NCBI GenBank assembly: GCA_002358555.1
Contig: DEPC01000115.1
Coordinates: forward strand, 1-60,067
Direction of reading: 5' to 3'
Source: Hungatella sp. UBA3402
Lineage (GTDB): Bacteria; Bacillota; Clostridia; Lachnospirales; Lachnospiraceae
DNA: 60,067 nucleotides
In this document: positions 50,687 through 59,796 of the stretch, piece by piece
Layout: each line of letters starts with the position of its first letter
How positions within the stretch are numbered: position 1 is the first letter of the stretch
The notes under the pieces: generated by a model
The model's database searches: none
Told to the model about the DNA's origin: nothing
The model's input: the letters and a program-made list of their open reading frames with translations, nothing else
Made by a program: the position numbers and the translations under genes

Positions 50687-51028
50687 ATGTTATTTTGGGG
50701 ATTTACCACAATAGCAGGATTGATAATAATATTTATGACACTTCCTTTTGAAGTATATGTCTTTTTTCCAATGATTCTTTCTGTTATGGCGATACAGAAA
50801 TTTAGAAGAATGAGAAAATACTGGTTTTTTATCATACTGATAATTAATCTATGTTTTATGGCTATAGAAATATCAAAATGGATGGGAAATATAGCTTTTC
50901 CCATTGTGTTTAGTACCGATTTAAGAAATGATGCATTGTTGTTATGTCAGACAGGCATATTTAGTTTATTGTTATCAGTTACAGGAGCAAAGATATACAC
51001 AATTCTAGAAACGAAGATAAATTTATGA
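50687..51028 (+). CDS. Hypothetical small membrane protein
   Basis: AAGGAG RBS, 3-4 TM segments. Confidence 0.65.
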   Translation: MLFWGFTTIAGLIIIFMTLPFEVYVFFPMILSVMAIQKFRRMRKYWFFIILIINLCFMAIEISKWMGNIAFPIVFSTDLRNDALLLCQTGIFSLLLSVTGAKIYTILETKINL

Positions 51029-51149
51029 AAAATCAGCAACCAGCACAAGAAGAAGTTATCCTCTAGCCTACAGTTTCGGAGCCAGTGAGTAACTTCTTCC
51101 TGCATCTTGTCTCTACTTATGTAAGAAAAAACTTCTAATACTGACTGAG

Positions 51150-51926
51150 GTGATAGGATTGGGAACATCGACTTTGAAATTATTAGCGGCATTTTTTATG
51201 CTATGTAGTCATATAGCAGTCTATATTCCATATGCGCCGATTTGGTTGGATTGGATAGGAAGGCTATCGTTCCCTCTTTATGTTTTTTGTCTTGCATGGG
51301 GGATTGATTATACAAGAAATATTAAAAAATATCGTTTGCGTTTATATCTTGCCGGAGCTTTTATGGGTATTGGCAGTTATTTGTTGAATATATCATTCCC
51401 CAGTTTAAGGCATCCAATAAGTGAAAATATATTTCCTACTCTATTCCTCACCGTTGAATTGGTCTCATTTTTAAAGAGTTTTAAAAATGATAAGAAAAAG
51501 ACATTTCCTTATCTTTTGTTATTTAGTTCTATTCAAGTGCTTTCTGTGTTTTGTTATAAACTGATTTTAGAAAACAGCAAAGTTAGTGCATTATTATTTT
51601 TAGCAATAGTTCCTAATATCTTATTTTGCGAAGGCAGTATTATTTTTGTTTTATTTGGGGTGGCAATATATTTTATAAAAAATAACAGAGAGCTATTTAT
51701 TAAGATTTATATTTCATTTTCATTGTTATGGCTAATATTGGCAGGTTTTAATGGATTCAATTATCAGTCTTTCTTTGTTTACCAATATCAGTGGATGATG
51801 ATAGCAGCACTTCCTTTGATGCTGCATTTTAATAAAAAAGAGAGAATATATATATCCAGTATTTTTTTCTATCTTTTCTATCCATTACATATCTATATTT
51901 TATTTATCATGCAGAAGTTATTCTGA
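51150..51926 (+). CDS. TraX-family membrane acyltransferase-like protein
   Basis: LKLLA..FMLCSH, IGRLSFP, TRNIKKYRLRL, NIFPTL, QWMM, FFYLFYPLH. Confidence 0.85.
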   Translation: MIGLGTSTLKLLAAFFMLCSHIAVYIPYAPIWLDWIGRLSFPLYVFCLAWGIDYTRNIKKYRLRLYLAGAFMGIGSYLLNISFPSLRHPISENIFPTLFLTVELVSFLKSFKNDKKKTFPYLLLFSSIQVLSVFCYKLILENSKVSALLFLAIVPNILFCEGSIIFVLFGVAIYFIKNNRELFIKIYISFSLLWLILAGFNGFNYQSFFVYQYQWMMIAALPLMLHFNKKERIYISSIFFYLFYPLHIYILFIMQKLF

Positions 51927-52015
51927 ATATCCTTGATAAATTAAATATTGTAGGAAGCAGACAATATGATATAATCAAATAGATAAAGTGTCAATCTCCT
52001 ATCTGATAATGGCAG

Positions 52016-52083
52016 GCATGCGGAAAGGAAGATTGCCAGAAAAGCTGACTGGCACACCGCTGCAAGAACGCCGGAGGAGTTCT
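52016..52083. other. Structured GC-rich element in a long leader, related to 25149-25240
   Basis: GCGG-A-AAGGAAGAT-[TGCCAG/CTGGCA]-CA-CCGC then AGAAC/GTTCT hairpin; extended -10 TGaTATAAT at 51967-51975. Confidence 0.45.
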
Positions 52084-52170
52084 CGAAATTTTAATAGCAA
52101 TTATTTTAATAGATTGTGGCGTTATAGCTGTATTGATGAATACTATCTGTAAAAAATAAGGGAGAAGGAT

Positions 52171-52959
52171 ATGGGAATGGGCGAAACAATTATTAAAAAA
52201 GAAGCTGTCAAGTTAGTGCGGAAACGATTAAAGGAAATGCTAAGACCATTGGGATTTCAGCCGCATCCGAAGGAAAAAAACCGTCTTATGCGTGTTAGAG
52301 AAGAATTGATTGACGAAGTCAGCTTGCGGACAGACGGCTCCCATCTGGAGCCTTGTTTTCATATTTATTACAGAAAGGCTCCGTTTACGAGTGTATATGT
52401 GGATTTAGTCAACGGCTCATTGTGGCGTGTCATGAAGGAGCGAGAACCTATCTCTACCTATCTTTGGTGGAATGTGGAGATTCCAGATAAAGGTTCTTAT
52501 TATTATAAGACAGAATATTTTGAAGAAGTGTGGAAAGATGTGGTGCTTGCATTAGAGAATTATATTTTGCCCTATATGGATGCTATGAATGTGGAGAAAC
52601 TGCTTTCGTCTATGGTAAAGGACAATAGACGGGAGGAAGATTTCTTTCAAGTTTATCCAATTGTATTTTTTAGCGATAAATATTTTGCATGTATGTCTCA
52701 AGCAGCAGTATATGGAGTTGGCATGTGGACAATGGGGAAATATACGGAGGGACTGCCATATATCATTTTTGCTCAGAATAAGTATCGTGAGCATATCAGA
52801 CCATATGAACAGGAAAAAGAGCAATTTACTGAGGGTCGTATCTTAGAGGTGCTGGACACGCTGATGGATATTTATGAAAGAAAACCGCAGGAACTAAAAG
52901 AAACCATTCAACATTTGACAGATATGATTTCTGCAAACTGGATGGATTATATGATGTGA
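52171..52959 (+). CDS. Hypothetical protein, DUF4304-like N-terminus (possible immunity protein)
   Basis: GGGAG RBS; RLKEMLRPLGF start; acidic and aromatic composition. Confidence 0.6.
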   Translation: MGMGETIIKKEAVKLVRKRLKEMLRPLGFQPHPKEKNRLMRVREELIDEVSLRTDGSHLEPCFHIYYRKAPFTSVYVDLVNGSLWRVMKEREPISTYLWWNVEIPDKGSYYYKTEYFEEVWKDVVLALENYILPYMDAMNVEKLLSSMVKDNRREEDFFQVYPIVFFSDKYFACMSQAAVYGVGMWTMGKYTEGLPYIIFAQNKYREHIRPYEQEKEQFTEGRILEVLDTLMDIYERKPQELKETIQHLTDMISANWMDYMM

Positions 52960-53035
52960 ATTTGTATTAACTGTTATGATAACTTCCATTTTATTGGGAG
53001 TAATCTTATGTATGATATTGTATAAGGAGAAGGCT

Positions 53036-53959
53036 ATGGCAGAGGACAAAGTATTAAAACCAAAATCATTTCGCATTGATGATGAAACCGCTGACAAATT
53101 TAAACAGATTTCTGCCTCTATTGGTGGCAATCAACAAGAGGCTCTCTCCAAACTTATAGAAGCCTATGAGTTTCAATCTGGTAAAGCAATTTTAACCGAA
53201 AGGAAGGCAGATATCGACCAATTTGAAACGTATGTTACTGCTATTACTCGAATGTTTATGGGCAGTTTAGAAGATAATCAGAATTTAAGCGAAACCATAC
53301 GGACCGAATTTGATGCACTTTTACAATCTAAAGATGTTACGATACAGGAGTTACAGAAGAAATTTGCCCAGGCAAACCAGCAAAAAGAGGAATTTGCTGC
53401 CAAAGCTAAGACCTATTCTGATGAAAATGCCAGGCTGAATATTACCATACATGAGCTAAAAAGTGAGTATACCTCCAAAATCAATGATATGCAAACTATG
53501 TTGTTGGATAAAGATAGCTTAAATAAAACTTTAACTGACTCATGTAATGATTTAAAAGAAAAAATGGAGCATATGAAACAGTCTGCAGACCAGGCAGTTA
53601 AGCTTCAAAAAGACTTTGATATGCTGTATCAAACGCACGAAAAGACGATTGTAGAACAAAAACAACTGAAAGAACAGATAGAGCAGATGGAGTCTGTACA
53701 TCAAAAAACGATTTCTGATTTGCAGAAGCAAACAGAAGAAGCACTTAAACGTCTAAAAGAACAGTCTCAACTCATGCTTGAGAAACAACTGCTTGAGCTC
53801 GAAAAGAAACATCATGATGAAATTCAAAGCTTAAAAGCGCAAAAACAGGAGGAAATAGATAAATATCAGCAGAAGTATTTTGACTTATTAGAGCAAATGA
53901 AAGAAGCTCAGTCAGTGCCATCGACTCAAATATCGGAATCTGATAATGCTGAAACATGA
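53036..53959 (+). CDS. Long coiled-coil protein with putative N-terminal ribbon-helix-helix
   Basis: AAGGAG RBS; PKSFRIDDETADKFKQI..NQQEALSKLIEAY followed by Q/E/K-rich heptads. Confidence 0.75.
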   Translation: MAEDKVLKPKSFRIDDETADKFKQISASIGGNQQEALSKLIEAYEFQSGKAILTERKADIDQFETYVTAITRMFMGSLEDNQNLSETIRTEFDALLQSKDVTIQELQKKFAQANQQKEEFAAKAKTYSDENARLNITIHELKSEYTSKINDMQTMLLDKDSLNKTLTDSCNDLKEKMEHMKQSADQAVKLQKDFDMLYQTHEKTIVEQKQLKEQIEQMESVHQKTISDLQKQTEEALKRLKEQSQLMLEKQLLELEKKHHDEIQSLKAQKQEEIDKYQQKYFDLLEQMKEAQSVPSTQISESDNAET

Positions 53960-54031
53960 TTGATAATCTTTATTTTCTAAAAAGGATATTTGATATATAA
54001 ATCAATAGGATAGCATCAGAGGTATGGAACA

Positions 54032-54439
54032 ATGGATATGGATGTCTATAAGGTAAAAGATATTATAGGAAACAGTCAAAAATTTATTTCTCCTTTTGGC
54101 GAACCATGCAGTTATTATATATGTGCAGGAGAAAATGAAAACGTAAGTAATATAAGTATCCAAAAGTATTGGGAAAAATTAAAGTTTATGTCTGAAAATA
54201 TAGACAGATTGATACAACAGGCATTTAAGCCAGAGTTTTATGATGGTTATGGTGTTAATAAAAAGCTTATTACATCTTCTGAGGAAATGTGCCGACAATT
54301 AGTAGTTGATAGTTTTGTTTTATATATAAATGATGATTCGATAGGTTCTTATTTGTCAAATTCCCGATTCATGTTCGGACATTTTATTGATTGTTTATGG
54401 AGCGATAACTGGAGTTTGATTGATTCATATTTTTGCTGA
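54032..54439 (+). CDS. Hypothetical small acidic protein (possible immunity protein)
   Basis: GAGG RBS; ends FMFGHFIDCLW; neighbourhood context only. Confidence 0.6.
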   Translation: MDMDVYKVKDIIGNSQKFISPFGEPCSYYICAGENENVSNISIQKYWEKLKFMSENIDRLIQQAFKPEFYDGYGVNKKLITSSEEMCRQLVVDSFVLYINDDSIGSYLSNSRFMFGHFIDCLWSDNWSLIDSYFC

Positions 54440-54485
54440 ATGATAAATTTATACCTTAAACCAAATGAAAGGAATGATAACCATT

Positions 54486-55271
54486 ATGTACGAGTTAGAT
54501 AACCCTAAGCTGTTTGAACAATGTGCCAGAATTAAGGAAAAGATTGAAACGATTTCTCAGATTCCCGAGCGCCAGAAAGACTATTATGCCAAGCTTTATC
54601 ATCATTGGAAGCTCAGTCCTCCAGCTCAGTTGTGGGAGATTGAAGAATTTGAGAAAAAGGCGGGAGTTTCCCTGCCCATTGAGTATGTCTATTATCTGAC
54701 ACAGGTAGGACGAGGAGGTGCGGGTCCTGGAACTGGTCTTACAGATTTTTCAATTCCCAAAAACATCGACCCAGGTCTTAACCAGGTATCTGAGCAATTG
54801 AGCTGCGAATTGACGGAGGAAGAGTGGAATGAATTGTTTGAATTTCATGGTGTTCCAGAGGATGGCACGCTCTGCTTATGTGCCATGGACCTTACTTACC
54901 AGGCTTATTTAATTCTAACCGGTCCTATGCGTGGACGGGTAGTCTATCTGGATTATGATGGAGAATGTGCCCCCATGTGGCCCAAAGGCAGTCCCGATTT
55001 TCTGACCTGGTGCGAAAATTTCTATTCAGAGCTGTTGGCAGGCTATGATATCGCCCCAACGTGGAAGTTTATGTGGCAGGAGCCAGGAGATGAGAATACA
55101 TTGATTCGTGCGTTCCAGAGCGCAGAGGATAGAGAATATCAGAGGGAAGTTTTATACAGCTTCTGTAAATTTAAGAAACTATCAAAAACAGCAAAAGAAT
55201 TTTTAGAAAACCTTTCAAATTCAGAATTTCAAGATGAAGTGACAAAAGTTTTGCAAGATTTTCACTCATAA
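54486..55271 (+). CDS. SMI1/KNR4 (SUKH) family protein
   Basis: EIEEFEKKAGVSLPIEYVYYLTQVGRGGAGP, LILTGPMRGRV, DFLTW. Confidence 0.85.
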   Translation: MYELDNPKLFEQCARIKEKIETISQIPERQKDYYAKLYHHWKLSPPAQLWEIEEFEKKAGVSLPIEYVYYLTQVGRGGAGPGTGLTDFSIPKNIDPGLNQVSEQLSCELTEEEWNELFEFHGVPEDGTLCLCAMDLTYQAYLILTGPMRGRVVYLDYDGECAPMWPKGSPDFLTWCENFYSELLAGYDIAPTWKFMWQEPGDENTLIRAFQSAEDREYQREVLYSFCKFKKLSKTAKEFLENLSNSEFQDEVTKVLQDFHS

Positions 55272-55276
55272 ATCAG

Positions 55277-55316
55277 TTGCATTATCCATTCCAATGATGT
55301 ATAATTTTTCCGTTTG
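55277..55316 (+). promoter_or_regulatory. Sigma-A promoter of carAB with predicted GTTTG initially transcribed region
   Basis: TTGCAT-17-TATAAT (55300-55305); G at 55312 followed by TTT. Confidence 0.65.
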
Positions 55317-55394
55317 AAATTTTTTTCAGGGCGAGACTGCCAGAATCATAAGTAATCTTGCCCTCATAAACAGAAGAAAGGAATGGTGCCGCAT

Positions 55395-56543
55395 ATGAAA
55401 GCATTTCTGATATTGGAAGATGGAACTGTGTTTGAAGGAACCAGCATCGGCTCTCCCACAGAAATCATCAGCGAAATTGTATTTAACACTTCAATGACTG
55501 GTTATCTGGAAGTTTTGACCGACCCTTCTTATGCAGGACAGGCGGTGGTTATGACCTACCCCTTAATTGGCAACTATGGCATTTGTCACGAAGATATGGA
55601 GTCGCTTACGCCCTGGCCCATGGGCTATATTGTAAGAGAATTATCCCGAATCCCTAGCAATTTCAGAAGCCAGGATACCATTCAACATTTCTTGGAATAT
55701 CACCAAATTTCTGGTATCAGCGGTATCGATACAAGATTCCTCACCAAAATTTTAAGAGAAAAAGGCACCATGAATGGCATGATTACGACAAAAGTCTATG
55801 AATCCTTGGAGGAACCTCTTCGCAGGATTAAAAATTATGCAGTAAAAGGTGTTGTAAAAGAGACTTCCTGTAAGAAGCCTTATGTTCTAGAACCATGGGA
55901 TAAGAAGCCAGTCCGTTCTATCCGAACTGCCAGGATTCCTCAAAGCTTAAAAAGACAGGAAGGATATGGAAAAAAGGTTGCTCTTTTAGATTTGGGTGCA
56001 AAGAAGAATATTGCTCAGGCATTGATAGAACGAGGCTGCCAGGTGACAGTATATCCAAGCACCACACCAGCCAATGAGATTTTAAAAGCTAATCCTGATG
56101 GCATCATGCTCTCCAACGGTCCTGGAGACCCCAAAGAGAATGTTGAAATCATCAATGAAATTCGCAAACTGTATGAATCAGATATTCCTATCTTTGCTAT
56201 TTGTCTGGGACATCAGCTTATGGCATTGGCTACAGGGGGAGATACCTATAAATTAAAATATGGCCATAGAGGAGGCAATCATCCAGTAAAAGATTTGAAG
56301 ACTGGAAGAGTCTATATTTCCTCTCAAAATCATGGATATGCGGTGGATATAGACAGTTTGAACCCTGATGTGGCAGTTCCGGCCTTTGTCAATGTGAATG
56401 ATGGAACCAATGAGGGCTTAATTTATACAGGAAAACCTATTTTTACAGTCCAATATCATCCAGAAGCATGTCCTGGTCCCCAAGACAGCAGTTATTTGTT
56501 TGATAAATTTATCCAGATGATGGAGGTAAAGACATATGCCTAA
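55395..56543 (+). CDS. carA: Carbamoyl-phosphate synthase small subunit
   Basis: LEDGTVF, TDPSYAGQ, SNGPGDP, ICLGHQL, QYHPEA. Confidence 0.97.
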   Translation: MKAFLILEDGTVFEGTSIGSPTEIISEIVFNTSMTGYLEVLTDPSYAGQAVVMTYPLIGNYGICHEDMESLTPWPMGYIVRELSRIPSNFRSQDTIQHFLEYHQISGISGIDTRFLTKILREKGTMNGMITTKVYESLEEPLRRIKNYAVKGVVKETSCKKPYVLEPWDKKPVRSIRTARIPQSLKRQEGYGKKVALLDLGAKKNIAQALIERGCQVTVYPSTTPANEILKANPDGIMLSNGPGDPKENVEIINEIRKLYESDIPIFAICLGHQLMALATGGDTYKLKYGHRGGNHPVKDLKTGRVYISSQNHGYAVDIDSLNPDVAVPAFVNVNDGTNEGLIYTGKPIFTVQYHPEACPGPQDSSYLFDKFIQMMEVKTYA

Positions 56544-59500
56544 GAATCCAGATATCAAAAAAGTGTTGATGCTTGGCTCTGGCCCTATTGTGATTGGGCA
56601 GGCAGCAGAATTTGACTATGCGGGAACACAAGCTTGTCGCTCATTAAAGGAAGAAGGAATTGAGGTAGTACTTTTAAATTCCAATCCTGCTACCATTATG
56701 ACAGATAAAGATATTGCGGATAAAGTTTATATTGAACCTCTGACTCTGGAAGTGGTGGAACAGTTGATAGTAAAGGAAAAACCAGACAGTATTCTTCCAA
56801 CTCTGGGAGGACAGGCTGGACTGAATCTAGCTATGGAATTGGAGGAGGCTGGATTTTTAAAGAAAAATCAAGTGCGTCTGATTGGAACAACTGCAGAAAC
56901 TATCAAGAAAGCAGAAGACCGGTTGGAATTTAAGAGTACCATGGAAAAGATTGGAGAACCAGTAGCCCCATCTAAAGTGGTGGAATGTGTAGAGGATGGG
57001 ATTGCATTTACCGATACTATCGGTTATCCAGTAGTTTTACGTCCAGCATATACTTTGGGAGGTAGCGGAGGAGGAATTGCAAGAAACCAGGAGCAGCTTG
57101 AAGAAATCTTACAGAATGGGCTGAGGCTTTCCCGTGTAGGACAGGTTTTGGTGGAACGATGCATCGCAGGATGGAAAGAGATTGAGTATGAGGTGATGCG
57201 TGACAGCGCCGGAAATGTTATTACTGTATGTAATATGGAAAATATTGACCCAGTAGGAGTTCACACAGGAGATAGCATTGTTGTGGCACCGTCTCAGACA
57301 TTGGGAGACAAGGAATACCAGATGCTACGGACATCAGCCTTAAATATTATTACAGAGCTGGGAATTACAGGTGGATGTAATGTACAATATGCTCTTCATC
57401 CTGAAACCTTTGAATACTGTGTCATTGAGGTAAATCCTCGCGTCAGCCGTTCCTCAGCTCTGGCATCTAAGGCAACTGGATATCCGATTGCCAAGGTAGC
57501 GGCAAAGATTGCTCTGGGATATACTCTGGACGAGATTCAAAATGCAGTTACCAAAAAGACCTATGCCAGCTTTGAGCCAATGTTAGATTATTGTGTAGTA
57601 AAAATGCCTCGTCTTCCATTTGATAAATTTATCAATGCAACAAGAACTCTTGGCACACAGATGAAAGCAACTGGAGAGGTCATGAGCATCTGTACAAATT
57701 TTGAGGGCGCATTGATGAAAGCAATCCGTTCTTTAGAGCAGCATGTGGACTCTCTGTTGTCCTATGATTTTTCTGATTTTGATAAAGAGGAGATTTTCGA
57801 GCAGTTAAAAAGGGTAGATGACCGGAGAATCTGGGTGATTGCAGAGGCTCTGCGCAGAGGGATTTCTTATGAAGTGATTCATGAAAATACTATGATTGAC
57901 AGGTGGTTTATTGACAAGCTGGCTGTTTTGGTAGAGATGGAGGAGGCTCTGAAAAATGAGCCTCTGACCGAAGAATTGCTGAGAGAGGCAAAAAGATTGG
58001 AGTTTCCAGACCATGTGATTGCACAGCTTTCAGGGGCAAGCACAGAAGAAATCAAAAATATGCGCCGACAATTCAAAATTACACCAGCTTATAAAATGGT
58101 GGATACCTGTGCAGCAGAGTTTGCAGCAGAAACTCCTTACTATTATTCTTGTTTTGGAAGTGTCAATGAGGTAGAAAAGACAACAGGCAAAAAGAAGGTT
58201 CTGGTTCTTGGCTCTGGGCCTATCCGAATAGGGCAGGGAATTGAGTTTGATTTTTGCAGTGTCCACAGTACTTGGGCATTTTCCAGAGAAGGATATGAGA
58301 CAATTATTGTAAATAATAATCCAGAGACTGTGAGTACAGACTTTGATATTGCGGATAAGTTATATTTTGAACCTCTGACTCCAGAAGATATGGAAGCGAT
58401 TGTGGAATTGGAAAGACCAGATGGAGCAGTTGTACAGTTTGGCGGACAGACAGCCATCAAGCTGACCGAAGATTTGATGAAAATGGGGGTTCCAATTTGG
58501 GGAACAGCGGCAGAGGATGTGGATGCTGCAGAGGATAGGGAACTGTTTGACCAAATTTTGGAACAATGCAACATTCCAAGACCAAAGGGAGAAACCGTAT
58601 ATACAGCGGCTCAAGCTAAAGAGGTGGCAGCAAGACTTCAGTATCCAGTGCTGGTACGGCCTTCTTATGTGCTGGGCGGACAGGGGATGCAGATTTGCAT
58701 CAATGAGCATGATATTGACGAATTTATAGGCATCATCAATCAGATTGCCCAAGACCATCCTATTTTGGTGGATAAATATATGATGGGTAAAGAGATTGAG
58801 GTGGATGCAGTCTGTGATGGAGAAGATATTTTGATTCCTGGAATTATGGAGCATATCGAGAGGGCGGGAATTCATTCAGGAGACAGTATCTCTGTGTATC
58901 CTGCTCAAAGTCTGACAGATGAGATAAAAAAGACATTGACAGAATATACAAGAAGATTGGCCAGGGCATTGCATGTAAAAGGAATGATTAATATTCAGTT
59001 TATTGTCAGCCATGGAGAGGTATATGTCATTGAGGTAAATCCTCGCTCGTCCAGAACAGTTCCCTATATCAGCAAGGTTACTGGAATTCCTATTGTAGCT
59101 CTTGCTACCAAAGTAATATGTGGTCATACGCTCAAAAGTATGGGATATAAGCCAGGGCTGGCAAAGGAAGCAGATTATATTGCAGTCAAAATGCCAGTAT
59201 TTTCTTTTGAGAAGATTCGAGGGGCAGATATAAGTTTAGGGCCAGAGATGAAATCTACTGGAGAATGTCTGGGAATCGCTAAAACATTCCATGAGGCTTT
59301 GTACAAGGCATTTGAAGGGGCAGGAGTAACGCTGCCTAAGCATAAAAATATGATTATCACTGTGAGAGATGAAGATAAGGAAGATGTAGTGGACATTGCA
59401 AGAAGATTTGCGGCAGTGGGATATCGGATATTTGCCACAAGAGGAACTGCCAAGGTGCTCAATGAGCATGGGATAACTGCTAGAGCTATCAAGAAGCTTG

Positions 59501-59739
59501 AACAGGAATCTCCTAATATCTTAGATTTAGTCTTAGGCCATAAGATTGATTTGATTATTGATACACCACCACAGGGGGCAGAGAGAAGTCATGATGGATT
59601 TGTTATCAGAAGAAATGCCATTGAGACAGGAGTGAATGTACTGACTTCCTTGGATACAGCGGCAGCTTTAGCCTCCAGCTTGGAAAATCGCGCTAAGAAG
59701 CTGAGCTTAGTTGACATTGCTGAGATAAGAAATATATAA
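56536..59739 (+). CDS. carB: Carbamoyl-phosphate synthase large subunit
   Basis: GSGPIVIGQAAEFDYAG, duplicated ATP-grasp (HTGDS/HSGDS, EVNPR), MGS domain. Confidence 0.98.
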   Translation: MPKNPDIKKVLMLGSGPIVIGQAAEFDYAGTQACRSLKEEGIEVVLLNSNPATIMTDKDIADKVYIEPLTLEVVEQLIVKEKPDSILPTLGGQAGLNLAMELEEAGFLKKNQVRLIGTTAETIKKAEDRLEFKSTMEKIGEPVAPSKVVECVEDGIAFTDTIGYPVVLRPAYTLGGSGGGIARNQEQLEEILQNGLRLSRVGQVLVERCIAGWKEIEYEVMRDSAGNVITVCNMENIDPVGVHTGDSIVVAPSQTLGDKEYQMLRTSALNIITELGITGGCNVQYALHPETFEYCVIEVNPRVSRSSALASKATGYPIAKVAAKIALGYTLDEIQNAVTKKTYASFEPMLDYCVVKMPRLPFDKFINATRTLGTQMKATGEVMSICTNFEGALMKAIRSLEQHVDSLLSYDFSDFDKEEIFEQLKRVDDRRIWVIAEALRRGISYEVIHENTMIDRWFIDKLAVLVEMEEALKNEPLTEELLREAKRLEFPDHVIAQLSGASTEEIKNMRRQFKITPAYKMVDTCAAEFAAETPYYYSCFGSVNEVEKTTGKKKVLVLGSGPIRIGQGIEFDFCSVHSTWAFSREGYETIIVNNNPETVSTDFDIADKLYFEPLTPEDMEAIVELERPDGAVVQFGGQTAIKLTEDLMKMGVPIWGTAAEDVDAAEDRELFDQILEQCNIPRPKGETVYTAAQAKEVAARLQYPVLVRPSYVLGGQGMQICINEHDIDEFIGIINQIAQDHPILVDKYMMGKEIEVDAVCDGEDILIPGIMEHIERAGIHSGDSISVYPAQSLTDEIKKTLTEYTRRLARALHVKGMINIQFIVSHGEVYVIEVNPRSSRTVPYISKVTGIPIVALATKVICGHTLKSMGYKPGLAKEADYIAVKMPVFSFEKIRGADISLGPEMKSTGECLGIAKTFHEALYKAFEGAGVTLPKHKNMIITVRDEDKEDVVDIARRFAAVGYRIFATRGTAKVLNEHGITARAIKKLEQESPNILDLVLGHKIDLIIDTPPQGAERSHDGFVIRRNAIETGVNVLTSLDTAAALASSLENRAKKLSLVDIAEIRNI

Positions 59740-59796
59740 AGATAAATGTTTGATAAAGTTTCATAAAATAAGAACTATTGCAAAATAATAAATTCA

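Noticed and set aside
51150..51926. TraX as evidence of a conjugative element
   Set aside because: No T4SS, relaxase or coupling protein; TraX-like genes are often stand-alone in Firmicutes
52011..52040. SRP RNA or a known riboswitch
   Set aside because: GGAAAGGAAG only loosely recalls SRP domain IV; the conserved flanks and long helix are missing
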